Shown here: piece after piece, positions 54,778 to 64,000 of the stretch
How the letters are laid out: each line of letters opens with the position of its first letter
Position numbering within the stretch: position 1 is the first letter of the stretch
Origin: Prochlorococcus sp. AG-355-B18
GTDB lineage: Bacteria > Cyanobacteriota > Cyanobacteriia > PCC-6307 > Cyanobiaceae
Direction of reading: 5' to 3'
DNA length: 64,000 nucleotides
Assembly (NCBI GenBank): GCA_003280965.1
Contig: QCDI01000005.1
Span: 1-64,000, forward strand
Made by a program: the position numbers and the translations under genes
The notes under the pieces: generated by a model
Database searches by the model: none
What the model was told of the DNA's origin: nothing
Seen by the model: only the letters and a program-made list of their open reading frames with translations

Positions 54778-55665
54778 TTAAAGTGAGTTAAATAATTTCT
54801 TGAAAGATTGTTCAATATCACTTTCTCTCATAAAAGTTTCACCAATTAATACTCCCTTGATTCCAATAGAATTGAGCAATTCTAAATCTTCAGCAAAATT
54901 AATTCCGGATTCACTAATGGGAAGAATATTTTGTTTTAAAAATATTTCAGCATATGTGTGCATCAATTCTATTGATGTTTTTAAATCCGTTTTAAAAGTC
55001 TTTAAGTCCCTATTATTTATTCCAATTAAATTAAAAGATTTTAACTTAAGTATCCTTTCTAATTCATTATCGTTATGGACTTCAACAAGAACACTCATCT
55101 TTAAATTATCAGCTATTTTCTTTAGATAAATTAAATCGTCATCACTTAAAATCGCAGCGATTAATAATATTGCATCAGCACCAGATACCCTTGCTTTATA
55201 AATCTGATAAGCAGAAATAATAAAATCTTTGCAGAGTAGGGGGAGATTAGTTGATTTCCTTACAGTTTCGAGTATTTCATAACTACCTTGAAAAAACCTT
55301 TTATCGGTAAGTACTGAGATACATGATGCTCCTAATCCTTCATAACAAATTGCTATTTCTTCAGGGTTAAAATCTTTTCTAATAACTCCTTTGCTCGGAC
55401 TAGCTTTTTTTATTTCAGCAATTACTCCTGGTTTTATTTTTGACTCCAAGATATTTTTATAAAAATCTTTGGGGGCAGGAAGTTTTTCAATCTTTTTTAT
55501 TAGATCTTCTAAAGAAAATATTTTTTTAAAATTTTTAATTTCAATGTCCTTGTGCCATACAATTTCTTCCAGTATATTTTTTGCTTGTGATTCCCTATGA
55601 GGCACAGCATATTCTAAATTTTCTACCCTTACTGTTGGATTTGGTGGCCTGCGTCTTATCTCCAT
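54778..55665 (-). CDS. trpC: Indole-3-glycerol phosphate synthase
   Basis: [27 protein letters not shown]. Confidence 0.96.
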   Translation of the reverse strand: MEIRRRPPNPTVRVENLEYAVPHRESQAKNILEEIVWHKDIEIKNFKKIFSLEDLIKKIEKLPAPKDFYKNILESKIKPGVIAEIKKASPSKGVIRKDFNPEEIAICYEGLGASCISVLTDKRFFQGSYEILETVRKSTNLPLLCKDFIISAYQIYKARVSGADAILLIAAILSDDDLIYLKKIADNLKMSVLVEVHNDNELERILKLKSFNLIGINNRDLKTFKTDLKTSIELMHTYAEIFLKQNILPISESGINFAEDLELLNSIGIKGVLIGETFMRESDIEQSFKKLFNSL

Positions 55666-55676
55666 TATTTTAGATA

Positions 55677-57116
55677 TTATTTTATTTGAGAAGCAGCTTG
55701 TTTATACGCGACTTCAACTACTTCACTAAGAGTGGGATGAGTATGAACTTCTTTAGATAATTCAATTACGCCTTGGTTCCTTGAAATAGCATTAGAAATT
55801 TCTTGAATCAAATCAGCTGCATGTAACCCAAAAATATGAGCACCTAATACTTTCCCATTATCTTTATTGAAAATCAACTTTAGTAATCCATCACTCTCCA
55901 ATTCAGCTAATGCTTTTGAATTGGCTTTAAAGAAACTTTTGACAACCCCCAAAGTAAAATTTTCTTTTGCAGATATCTCTTTGGCCTCTGCTTCAGAGAG
56001 ACCAACTGAACTTATCTCAGGGTGAGTAAAGGTTGCTGCTGGGATACTTTTATAATTAATTTCGACGTTGCCACCGCAAATATTATCAACAGCAATAGTA
56101 CCTTGAGCAGCAGCTGTATGTGCAAGCATCAGTTTTCCTGTTACATCTCCAACAGCCCAAATATTGGGAACTATTTCACCACCATTCTTAACCCTCATTT
56201 GATCATCTATAGGAATGAAACCTCTTACTGTTTCGATACCAACCGACTCAAGATTTAAGTTATTACTATTAGGACTTCTGCCAGTTGCAACTAATACAGC
56301 GTCAACTTCTAAAGTTTCAACAACTTCTTTAGATTTTGCATCTGTCAATTCTATTTTTACAGGACATCCAGGCGTTATTTTTGTCGCAAAGACATTTGAT
56401 TTTGTATCTATATCTCTTGCTTGAATAAGGTTCTTTTTAGCAATTTTTGTAATATCTGGATCGAATGTTGGCATAATATTTTCCAAAGCCTCGATCATGG
56501 TAACTTCACAACCTAGCGCGGTATAAACATCAGCAAATTCCAACCCTATATATCCGCTTCCAATAATAGCTATCCATCTTGGAAGCCACTCAAGTTTAAC
56601 CGCATCATCACTAGTAAATACCGTCCTATTATCCAAAGTTATTCCACGGGGGACAAATGGGGAAGAACCAGTTGCTATAACAATATTCTTGCATGTGAAG
56701 ATTTTATCAATTCCGTTTTTATCTCTTACACCTACTTTTTGATTTCCTTCTATTCTGCCAATACCCAAAATAATTTCAACTCCACTCCTTATCAGAGTTT
56801 TTGTTAAATTTTCTCTAACATTTAACACTAAATTATTTGCATGATCTGCAATTTTTGATCTCTCGAACCTTACTGGGGAAGCATGAATTCCAAATTTAGC
56901 TAAATGTTCATAATCAGCTATTTCTCTGACTTTTCCACTTGCAGCCAAAAGAGCTTTAGAGGGGACACAACCCTTGTTAACACATGTGCCTCCCATATCA
57001 GAAGATTCTACTATTGCTACTTTCAGTCCCTTACCAGCAGCATGTTTAGCGGCATCAAAACCTCCATATCCTGCTCCTATAACGATTAAATCAAAATCAA
57101 AACTTGAATCAGTCAC
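55677..57116 (-). CDS. lpdA: Dihydrolipoamide dehydrogenase
   Basis: [21 protein letters not shown]. Confidence 0.96.
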   Translation of the reverse strand: MTDSSFDFDLIVIGAGYGGFDAAKHAAGKGLKVAIVESSDMGGTCVNKGCVPSKALLAASGKVREIADYEHLAKFGIHASPVRFERSKIADHANNLVLNVRENLTKTLIRSGVEIILGIGRIEGNQKVGVRDKNGIDKIFTCKNIVIATGSSPFVPRGITLDNRTVFTSDDAVKLEWLPRWIAIIGSGYIGLEFADVYTALGCEVTMIEALENIMPTFDPDITKIAKKNLIQARDIDTKSNVFATKITPGCPVKIELTDAKSKEVVETLEVDAVLVATGRSPNSNNLNLESVGIETVRGFIPIDDQMRVKNGGEIVPNIWAVGDVTGKLMLAHTAAAQGTIAVDNICGGNVEINYKSIPAATFTHPEISSVGLSEAEAKEISAKENFTLGVVKSFFKANSKALAELESDGLLKLIFNKDNGKVLGAHIFGLHAADLIQEISNAISRNQGVIELSKEVHTHPTLSEVVEVAYKQAASQIK

Positions 57117-57124
57117 TTTTTTAT

Positions 57125-58000
57125 TTACTTATTAGAGGTGTATGCGACTCTTTTTCGTTCTAGTAATAATGGAACTGCAACGCAAGCCACATTCAATGAT
57201 TCTACAAGCTCACTATGCGGAATTGTAATTGTTTCATTAAAAGCTTCTTGAATTTTTTTATGAATACCTTGACCTTCATTACCCAAAATTAATGCGGTAC
57301 GTTTGGACCAATCAATTTCCCAGTAAGGTTTTGAAGGTTTTTTTGAACTCTCATTATGGCTACTAGTAGAGAAAACCTTAAAGCCTGCATTTGATAATTC
57401 AGACAAAGACTTAAGTAAAGAATTTAATATTTCTTCTTCAATTCCATCAAATCTTAAAAATGGCAGATGAAAAACTGCACCTGAGGATGCTCTTAATACC
57501 TTTTGGCCTAGTGGGTGCGCACCTCCAGCTAAAAAAATTGCATTAACACCCGCAGCTAAAGCGGTTCTAAATAGATTACCCATATTCCCAGGATCTTGAA
57601 TTCTGTCGAGAACAAGAACAAAATCATCTTTCCTATTGAATTGATAATCAGGTATTGCTGAAATCTCAACTAAAGCTGCTATCCCATCTGGATTAATTGT
57701 TGAAATCGCAGATGCTAAGACTTCCTCTGAGACAATATTTATTAATGACTCATGAAATTTTTTGCTTAGATTTTGATTCTTTCTTAGCCATTTTTCGGTA
57801 ACTAAAATCCTAGAGGGATTTTTTCCAGATTTCAGCAATTCTTCAATAAGATGTGTACCTTCTATGCAAAAAAAGTCTTGATCTTTTGGAGATGATCCTC
57901 TTTTAAATGATCTAAATCTTTTAACTAGATTATTGTTTTTACTAGTTATTTTTAAAAAAGTATTTTCTATGAGTAAGTTTGAAAATTTGTTATCAACTAT
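57125..58000 (-). CDS. TrmH/SpoU RNA methyltransferase; frame open to an ATA at 58000 (first canonical start is TTG 57838)
   Basis: QDPGNMG, GNEGQG, ESLNVA; the upstream frame encodes ITSKNNNLVKRFR and IEGTHLIEE. Confidence 0.85.
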   Translation of the reverse strand: MVDNKFSNLLIENTFLKITSKNNNLVKRFRSFKRGSSPKDQDFFCIEGTHLIEELLKSGKNPSRILVTEKWLRKNQNLSKKFHESLINIVSEEVLASAISTINPDGIAALVEISAIPDYQFNRKDDFVLVLDRIQDPGNMGNLFRTALAAGVNAIFLAGGAHPLGQKVLRASSGAVFHLPFLRFDGIEEEILNSLLKSLSELSNAGFKVFSTSSHNESSKKPSKPYWEIDWSKRTALILGNEGQGIHKKIQEAFNETITIPHSELVESLNVACVAVPLLLERKRVAYTSNK

Positions 58001-58158
58001 ATTTTAATTACATAAAAATTTTGATCAATTATTTATTAAATTTTTATTTCCCAAGAAATCAAAAATACATTTTCACTTTTAATTAATATTCATGACGTTA
58101 CATAGGGTGGACTTAATATTATTAGTTTGTCATGATGAATCTAATAAATTAAGTCTTA

Positions 58159-59529
58159 ATGATTTGCGGAAGCAAAACAAAGTCATATCTTAAATCGCAA
58201 AATTTAAAGATTCTTGGCCAAGGCAAGTTAAATGGAATAGTTGAAATAAGTGGTGCGAAGAATTCCGCCTTAGTTTTATTAGCCTCATCATTGCTAACTA
58301 ATGAAAAAATAATTCTTGAAAATGTACCTTTTCTCACTGATATTGAAAAGATGGGGAATATCTTAAAGAATTTAGGAGGTAATTTAGTTCGTAAAAACAA
58401 CCAACTAGAAATAGATCCAACAACTATTTCGATTAAAGAACTTCCATATGAACTTGTTAAAGGATTAAGAGCCAGTTTCTTTTGTATAGGTGCACTATTA
58501 ACTAAATTTGGAGAAGCTCAAGTACCCTTACCAGGTGGATGCAATATTGGCTCAAGGCCAATAGACGAGCACATTAATGGACTAATCGCATTAGGAGCAG
58601 ACATTATTATTGAAGAGGGAATTGTCAAGGCAAAAATAAGGGGAAACAAAAATAGACTTCATGGCACTCATATTAAATTAAATTGTCCAAGTGTAGGTGC
58701 TACTGAAACTTTAATAATGGCAGCCTCTTTAGCTAAAGGAAGAACTACTATTGAAAATGCTGCTAGAGAGCCTGAAGTTCAAGATTTATGCCAAATGCTT
58801 AATAAAATGGGGGCAAAAATTTATGACTCTGGTAAAGAAACAATTATTATTGATGGTGTTAATAAGCTTGGCGGATGTACCCATAAAGTAATTCCAGACC
58901 GAATAGAAGCTGGAACTTTTCTAATAGCTGCTGCTGCAACTTCCTCTTCAATAACAATCTCTCCAGTAATCCCTCATCATCTTGAAGCTGTTACTAATAA
59001 GCTTCAAGAGAGTGGGAGTAAAATTACGATTAAAGGTAATTCGATTTCTATCAAGAGTAATGAGATTAAAGGAGTAGATATTGAAACAGCTCCTTTTCCA
59101 GGCTTTCCTACTGATTTGCAGGCACCATTTACTACTCTAATGACAATCGCAAATGGTGAATCAAAGGTAACTGAAACAATTTTCGAAAACAGAATGAATC
59201 ACATTTATTTACTTAATGAAATGGGCGCCCGTATAAAATTAAACAAAAACGTAGCTCACATCAAAGGTGTTAAAACAATTAATGGGATGAATCTAGTTGG
59301 CTCAGATTTAAGGTCATCAGCTGCATTAATAATTGCAGGAATCATCGCAAAAGGTATTAGCAAGATCTATGGATTAGAACATTTAGATAGAGGTTATGAA
59401 AATTTTGAATTAAAACTAAAAAATTTAGGTGTAAAAATAACTAGGGAGATTAGTAAAAATACCTTTGAGGAGAATGAATATAAAATTGAACCTAAATCTG
59501 AGAATCCTTCAAAACTCGAAGCAGCTTAG
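58159..59529 (+). CDS. murA: UDP-N-acetylglucosamine 1-carboxyvinyltransferase
   Basis: SGAKNS, LPGGCNIGSRP, PGFPTDLQ, HLDRGYE. Confidence 0.96.
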   Translation: MICGSKTKSYLKSQNLKILGQGKLNGIVEISGAKNSALVLLASSLLTNEKIILENVPFLTDIEKMGNILKNLGGNLVRKNNQLEIDPTTISIKELPYELVKGLRASFFCIGALLTKFGEAQVPLPGGCNIGSRPIDEHINGLIALGADIIIEEGIVKAKIRGNKNRLHGTHIKLNCPSVGATETLIMAASLAKGRTTIENAAREPEVQDLCQMLNKMGAKIYDSGKETIIIDGVNKLGGCTHKVIPDRIEAGTFLIAAAATSSSITISPVIPHHLEAVTNKLQESGSKITIKGNSISIKSNEIKGVDIETAPFPGFPTDLQAPFTTLMTIANGESKVTETIFENRMNHIYLLNEMGARIKLNKNVAHIKGVKTINGMNLVGSDLRSSAALIIAGIIAKGISKIYGLEHLDRGYENFELKLKNLGVKITREISKNTFEENEYKIEPKSENPSKLEAA

Positions 59530-59567
59530 TCCTTTAAACAAATATTTTCAGAACTAAGAAAATTGAT

Positions 59568-59678
59568 TTAAAAGTAAGCAATATTGATTAGTGAAATACA
59601 ACCCAAAAATAATATAAACAAAACTAGAAAGCGGTTAGACCAAATTTTATTTAAACCATTAAATTTGAATTCATTCAT
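59568..59678 (-). CDS. Putative 36-aa hydrophobic micro-protein
   Basis: MNEFKFNGLNKIWSNRFLVLFILFLGCISLINIAYF; ATG overlaps the upstream TGA (ATGA). Confidence 0.45.
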   Translation of the reverse strand: MNEFKFNGLNKIWSNRFLVLFILFLGCISLINIAYF

Positions 59679-59782
59679 GCCCAAGTTCCGTTATTAGATC
59701 CAAATGTTGTCAGTATAGTCACTGCAATAAATAGATAAGGAACAAATTTAAAAGATAATTTTTTAGCTTGTGTTTTAGACAT
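59675..59782 (-). CDS. Putative 35-aa hydrophobic micro-protein
   Basis: MSKTQAKKLSFKFVPYLFIAVTILTTFGSNNGTWA. Confidence 0.5.
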   Translation of the reverse strand: MSKTQAKKLSFKFVPYLFIAVTILTTFGSNNGTWA

Positions 59783-60060
59783 TTGTTTTTTTATTAAATA
59801 TAACATAATATTACTAATCATGAAGCTATCCCCTCAGAAAAAGACTTTTAAGCGCAATTAATCACAAAAATGTATCATAAATGTTTAAATTTTCTTTTTT
59901 TACCTTATTTCTTGTCAGCAAATGCAATAAATAATTCTATGTTTTTATCGAAAAGATTAACTATTTACAAACGTTATCTTGATAACTTTTCCTTGACCTA
60001 AAGAATAGTCAATAAGTTGATTTTTGTTATAATAAAAAAGTTCATTTTTGCAAAAGCCTT

Positions 60061-60142
60061 GGGAGCGTGGTGGAATTGGTAGACGCACCGCACTCAAAAT
60101 GCGGCACCTTCGGGTATGTCGGTTCAAGTCCGACCGCTCCCA
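60061..60142 (+). tRNA. tRNA-Leu (CAA)
   Basis: GGGAGCG acceptor, D-arm TGGAATTGGTAGAC, CCGCA-CTCAAAA-TGCGG, long variable arm, GTTCAAGTC. Confidence 0.96.
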
Positions 60143-60147
60143 CTTTG

Positions 60148-61323
60148 ATGAATACCTATAGTCGATTCGATATATCTTTCAAAAAAGGAAAAGGTTGTTG
60201 GCTATGGGACAAAACAGGTAAACGGTATCTTGATGCAGTCGCTGGTATAGCAACTTGTAGTCTTGGACATAGCGATAGAGTTTTAAGAAGAAGGTTATCA
60301 ACTCAACTAAAAAAGATTCAGCACATTTCTAATCTCTACAACATTGAAGAACAAGAACAATTAAGCAGAACTTTAACGAATATGAGTTGTGCTAAAAGCG
60401 TCTTCTTCTGCAATAGTGGTGCGGAAGCAAATGAATCAGCAATTAAATTAATTAAAAAATATGGTAATACAACAAATAAAGGAAAAGAATCAATTATTCT
60501 CGCAGCAGAATCCAGCTTTCATGGAAGGACGCTTGCAGCCTTGAGTGCCACTGGACAGCCCAAATATCAAAAAGGTTTTGAACCAATGATTCAAGGGTTC
60601 AAATTTTTTAAATTTAACAATTTTGATTCGGTAAAAAAATTATTTGAAGAGTGTGAAAATAATGATCAAAAAATTTCCGGCGTTTTAGTTGAACCAATAC
60701 AAGGAGAAGGCGGCGTAATTCCTGGAAGTAAAATATTTTTTAAAAGCTTAAGAGATATATGTGATAAATATAATTCTCTTCTCATTTTAGATGAGGTCCA
60801 AAGTGGAGTAGGTCGAACTGGGAAAATGTGGGGTTATGAGAATTTAGGAATTGAACCTGATGGATTCACACTAGCTAAAGGATTAGGAGGAGGTCATGCA
60901 ATTGGAGCATTATTGGTAAAAGAAAAAGCCAACATTTTTTCTCCAGGAGATCATGCAAGCACTTTTGGAGGGAACCCATTCGCCTGTAAAGCTGCCCTAA
61001 CTGTATTAGAAGAAATAAATAGAAGAAATATTATCAATAATGTTTATCAAAGAGGGGAACAATTAAGTGCTGGGTTTGAAGAATTGTCAAAAAAATTTCC
61101 AAATATTATTAGAGGGAAAAGAGGTTTAGGTTTAATACAAGGTCTTGTGATCAATGATGGATATGCTGATGCAAAAGAAATTACATTAAAAGCTTTTGAT
61201 AAAGGATTGCTGGTAGTTCCTGCAGGAGGAAATGTTGTAAGGATTGTCCCACCATTAGTTATATCTCGAAGAGAAATTAATATTCTTTTGGAAAAGCTAA
61301 ATTCAATTTTTGAAGAGTTATAG
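60148..61323 (+). CDS. argD: Acetylornithine aminotransferase (start corrected to the ATG after the tRNA)
   Basis: MNTYSRF, NSGAEANE, SFHGRT, DEVQSGVGRTG, AKGLGGG. Confidence 0.93.
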   Translation: MNTYSRFDISFKKGKGCWLWDKTGKRYLDAVAGIATCSLGHSDRVLRRRLSTQLKKIQHISNLYNIEEQEQLSRTLTNMSCAKSVFFCNSGAEANESAIKLIKKYGNTTNKGKESIILAAESSFHGRTLAALSATGQPKYQKGFEPMIQGFKFFKFNNFDSVKKLFEECENNDQKISGVLVEPIQGEGGVIPGSKIFFKSLRDICDKYNSLLILDEVQSGVGRTGKMWGYENLGIEPDGFTLAKGLGGGHAIGALLVKEKANIFSPGDHASTFGGNPFACKAALTVLEEINRRNIINNVYQRGEQLSAGFEELSKKFPNIIRGKRGLGLIQGLVINDGYADAKEITLKAFDKGLLVVPAGGNVVRIVPPLVISRREINILLEKLNSIFEEL

Positions 61324-61334
61324 CAATTTAAATT

Positions 61335-62567
61335 TTGAAAAATGCAAATTTAAAAATTTTTGAATTATTATCTCCTAAATATGAAAGGGATAATATCAAG
61401 TTAGGTTTATCAAGAATTAAAAAAGCACTTCAAGAACTTGGTAATCCTTGCAAGAGTATCCCTGCAATACAGATTATTGGAACCAATGGGAAAGGATCAA
61501 TCGCAGCATATTTAGAAAGTATACTTTTTGAAGCTAAAAGGAATTTCGGTGTAACGACATCTCCTCATCTTTTTGATATATGCGAGAGGATCAGAGTCAA
61601 TAAAAAAAATATTAATAAAACTGATTTTGAAAAAATCTATAGATTAATAGAAAAAAAATTTTCAACATTTGAATTAACTCCTTTTGAAAAAATCATTTGT
61701 TGCGCACTAAATTTTTTTGACCATAAAAAAGTTGAATTACTCATTCTTGAAGCTGGCTTAGGGGGACGATTAGACGCGACAACAGCCCATAAATCTAGAC
61801 CAATTATTGCTATTGGGAATATTGGCTTAGACCATACAGAATTTCTTGGAGATACGATTGAAAAAATTGCCGAAGAAAAATTAGCAGTTATTGAAAAAAA
61901 CTCAATTGTCATCTCATGTAATCAAAATAGTCAAGTTGAAAATTTAATAACCAAAAAAGTTAAAGAGGTAGGAGCAGAAATTATCTGGAAAGATTCAATT
62001 TCAAACAGCTATGAGCTTGGATTAAAAGGAATTTTTCAAAAGCAAAATGCTTCAGTAGCTATTGGAGCAATTGAAGCGCTGAATAATTTAGGATTTAACA
62101 TAAATGAAAAACACATATCTGAAGGTCTTAAAAACACAACTTGGAAGGGAAGGCTAGAAATAATAAATTATTTCAACAAAGAAATTCTTGTAGATTGTGC
62201 GCATAATTATCCTGCTGCCAAAGCACTCTCTTATGAGCGAAGCAATTGGGAGAATGAAGATAAAGGAATTTATTGGATTTTAGGGGTCCAAAGACAAAAA
62301 GATATTTACGCAATATTAAAAACACTTTTAAAGAAAAATGATCGCTTATTACTTGTGCCAGTTCCAAACCAACCTAGTTGGCAATTAAATGATCTCTCTC
62401 AGATTAAAGAAATTGACTTTCAAAAAACAATTGAATTTAAAACATTTGAACTTGCCATTGAGTATTTATTTTCCCTAGAAAAATGGCCACCTAATCATCC
62501 TGTTCTAACAGGTTCTATTTTTTTAGTTGCTGAATTTATTAAATTTGCGAATAAACAGAAATATTAG
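61335..62567 (+). CDS. folC: Folylpolyglutamate/dihydrofolate synthase
   Basis: GTNGKGS, SPHL, EAGLGGRLDAT, DCAHN. Confidence 0.95.
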   Translation: MKNANLKIFELLSPKYERDNIKLGLSRIKKALQELGNPCKSIPAIQIIGTNGKGSIAAYLESILFEAKRNFGVTTSPHLFDICERIRVNKKNINKTDFEKIYRLIEKKFSTFELTPFEKIICCALNFFDHKKVELLILEAGLGGRLDATTAHKSRPIIAIGNIGLDHTEFLGDTIEKIAEEKLAVIEKNSIVISCNQNSQVENLITKKVKEVGAEIIWKDSISNSYELGLKGIFQKQNASVAIGAIEALNNLGFNINEKHISEGLKNTTWKGRLEIINYFNKEILVDCAHNYPAAKALSYERSNWENEDKGIYWILGVQRQKDIYAILKTLLKKNDRLLLVPVPNQPSWQLNDLSQIKEIDFQKTIEFKTFELAIEYLFSLEKWPPNHPVLTGSIFLVAEFIKFANKQKY

Positions 62568-63916
62568 ATTTGAAATTGTTCTTTTACTTCCCAACCTTCC
62601 AATTTTCCTGGATTTAATAACCCTTTAGGATCAAATCTTAATTTCGCTTTTACTTGATCTGCATCCACCACTCCAAGGCCTCCGCCTTCAACAGTTAAAA
62701 CATGAGGATTAAAAATAAACGCACCAAGTTTCTTGCAATCTTCAATTATTTCATGTAATTCTTCTTCACCATTCCACATTAAAACAGGCAAAGCCGCTAA
62801 TCGAGGTGATCCTTGTTGAGAAACTGCCTCTAAATGCCAAAGAACTTTTTTACCCCATTTTTTTCTCATAAAATTAATTAATGTTAGTTCATTATTAAGT
62901 GGCAAAAGCATCTGTAAATACGTCCAATTTTTATCCCTAGACCTCATATGAAGAGTTGTATGATTCCATACGACATCAGAAATTCCATTCACGAGCTTTT
63001 CTTCTTCCCCAAGTAGGGTATATTCAACTTTAAATTTTTTACAAATTAGCTCGATGGTTTTTATTCCTCCAAGAGTAGATTGAATTAATATCTTGTGACT
63101 TCTAGATTTACTTTTAAACCATTTTGGCATTTGATCTACAATTTCTTCTTCAAGAATTGCTCCTAATTTCAGATTAATTGCTGCGCTAGTAAGAGTTTTC
63201 AATATTTCTATTGTTTTTTCAAATTCAATACAGTCGATAACTAATGAGTACCACTTACGTTTGATATCAGTAGAAAGTAATAAAGAAGTAATTATTCCAT
63301 TCGTCCCATAAGCATGATTTAGAGGTTCGGATTCTTCAGCATCAAATTTTAATAATACAGGTTTTTCATTCATCGTTACTGCCTCTAAACCTATAAGATT
63401 TCCTGGATCTCTTAAAAATCCCCACCTAATGGAACCAATACCTCCTGATCCACCTGCAATAAAACCTCCAATTGTTGCAGTTTTCCAAGTACTAGGAAGT
63501 AACCTCAATTCCCTCCCATATTTCTCTAGTTGTTTATTCAAATCTCCCATAACACAGCCAGACTGTACTTTTACAAAGCCTGTATCTGGATCAAATTCTT
63601 CTAACTTATTAAATTGGCTCATCTGCATTACAACTCCTTTAAATAATGGGACAGCTTGTCCATAATTACCTGTACCTGAACCCCTTAAAGTAAGTGGGAT
63701 AGATAATTCCCAACAAATTTCTGCTACTTCCTTTACCGCTTTGTGATCACTAGGTCTTACCACCAAATCAGCAATACATTCGTCTAATTTTTCAGTAAGG
63801 ATTGGAGAGTAGTTATAAAAATCTTTTGAAAGTCTTTTGACATCGGATTTATTTTCAATGATCTCTAAGTTTTTGACTTCTCTAAATTTGTCTATAAATT
63901 TAAGTTTTGATATCAT
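62564..63916 (-). CDS. FAD-binding oxidoreductase (GlcD-like)
   Basis: RGSGTGNYG, ATIGGF, FDPKGLLNPGK. Confidence 0.85.
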   Translation of the reverse strand: MISKLKFIDKFREVKNLEIIENKSDVKRLSKDFYNYSPILTEKLDECIADLVVRPSDHKAVKEVAEICWELSIPLTLRGSGTGNYGQAVPLFKGVVMQMSQFNKLEEFDPDTGFVKVQSGCVMGDLNKQLEKYGRELRLLPSTWKTATIGGFIAGGSGGIGSIRWGFLRDPGNLIGLEAVTMNEKPVLLKFDAEESEPLNHAYGTNGIITSLLLSTDIKRKWYSLVIDCIEFEKTIEILKTLTSAAINLKLGAILEEEIVDQMPKWFKSKSRSHKILIQSTLGGIKTIELICKKFKVEYTLLGEEEKLVNGISDVVWNHTTLHMRSRDKNWTYLQMLLPLNNELTLINFMRKKWGKKVLWHLEAVSQQGSPRLAALPVLMWNGEEELHEIIEDCKKLGAFIFNPHVLTVEGGGLGVVDADQVKAKLRFDPKGLLNPGKLEGWEVKEQFQI

Positions 63917-64000
63917 TAATAAAAATTTTTATGCTTTGTATATAAATTAGCCAATTAGCAGTATAAATCGCCGTTTATAAAAACTTTTCTCTTTAAATTG

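Noticed and set aside
60067..60147. ORF-track N-terminal extension of ArgD
   Set aside because: It is the tRNA-Leu sequence read in frame; ATG 60148 is the more plausible start.

Overview
AT-rich picocyanobacterial DNA; gene content and order point to a high-light Prochlorococcus (inference). About 1-22.4 kb is an accessory cell-surface island. It holds the 5' end of a giant Ser/Thr/Ala-rich DUF4347-type protein that the ORF track missed, an adjacent type I secretion cassette, tRNA-Ala(GGC), a sulfotransferase, four GT2 glycosyltransferases, glf, galE plus a decayed galE 3' copy, Wzt/Wzm and an LptD-like gene. About 23.4-64 kb is core genome, from lexA-argF-ftsH to murA, tRNA-Leu, argD and folC. 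The most notable hidden structure surrounds tRNA-Ala: two degenerate 3'-half tRNA copies each bracket a single cargo gene. A ~130-bp module ending in an integrase-like ATG occurs twice in mirror image, once just 5' of the tRNA and once after the last copy. This suggests tycheposon-like elements grew the island from both ends of one tRNA. Smaller items are an A7 frameshift, a TrmD-IspF fusion, a TrmH gene lacking a canonical start, LexA-box-like repeats and several unannotated micro-ORFs. All family calls come from motif recognition by eye, not database searches.
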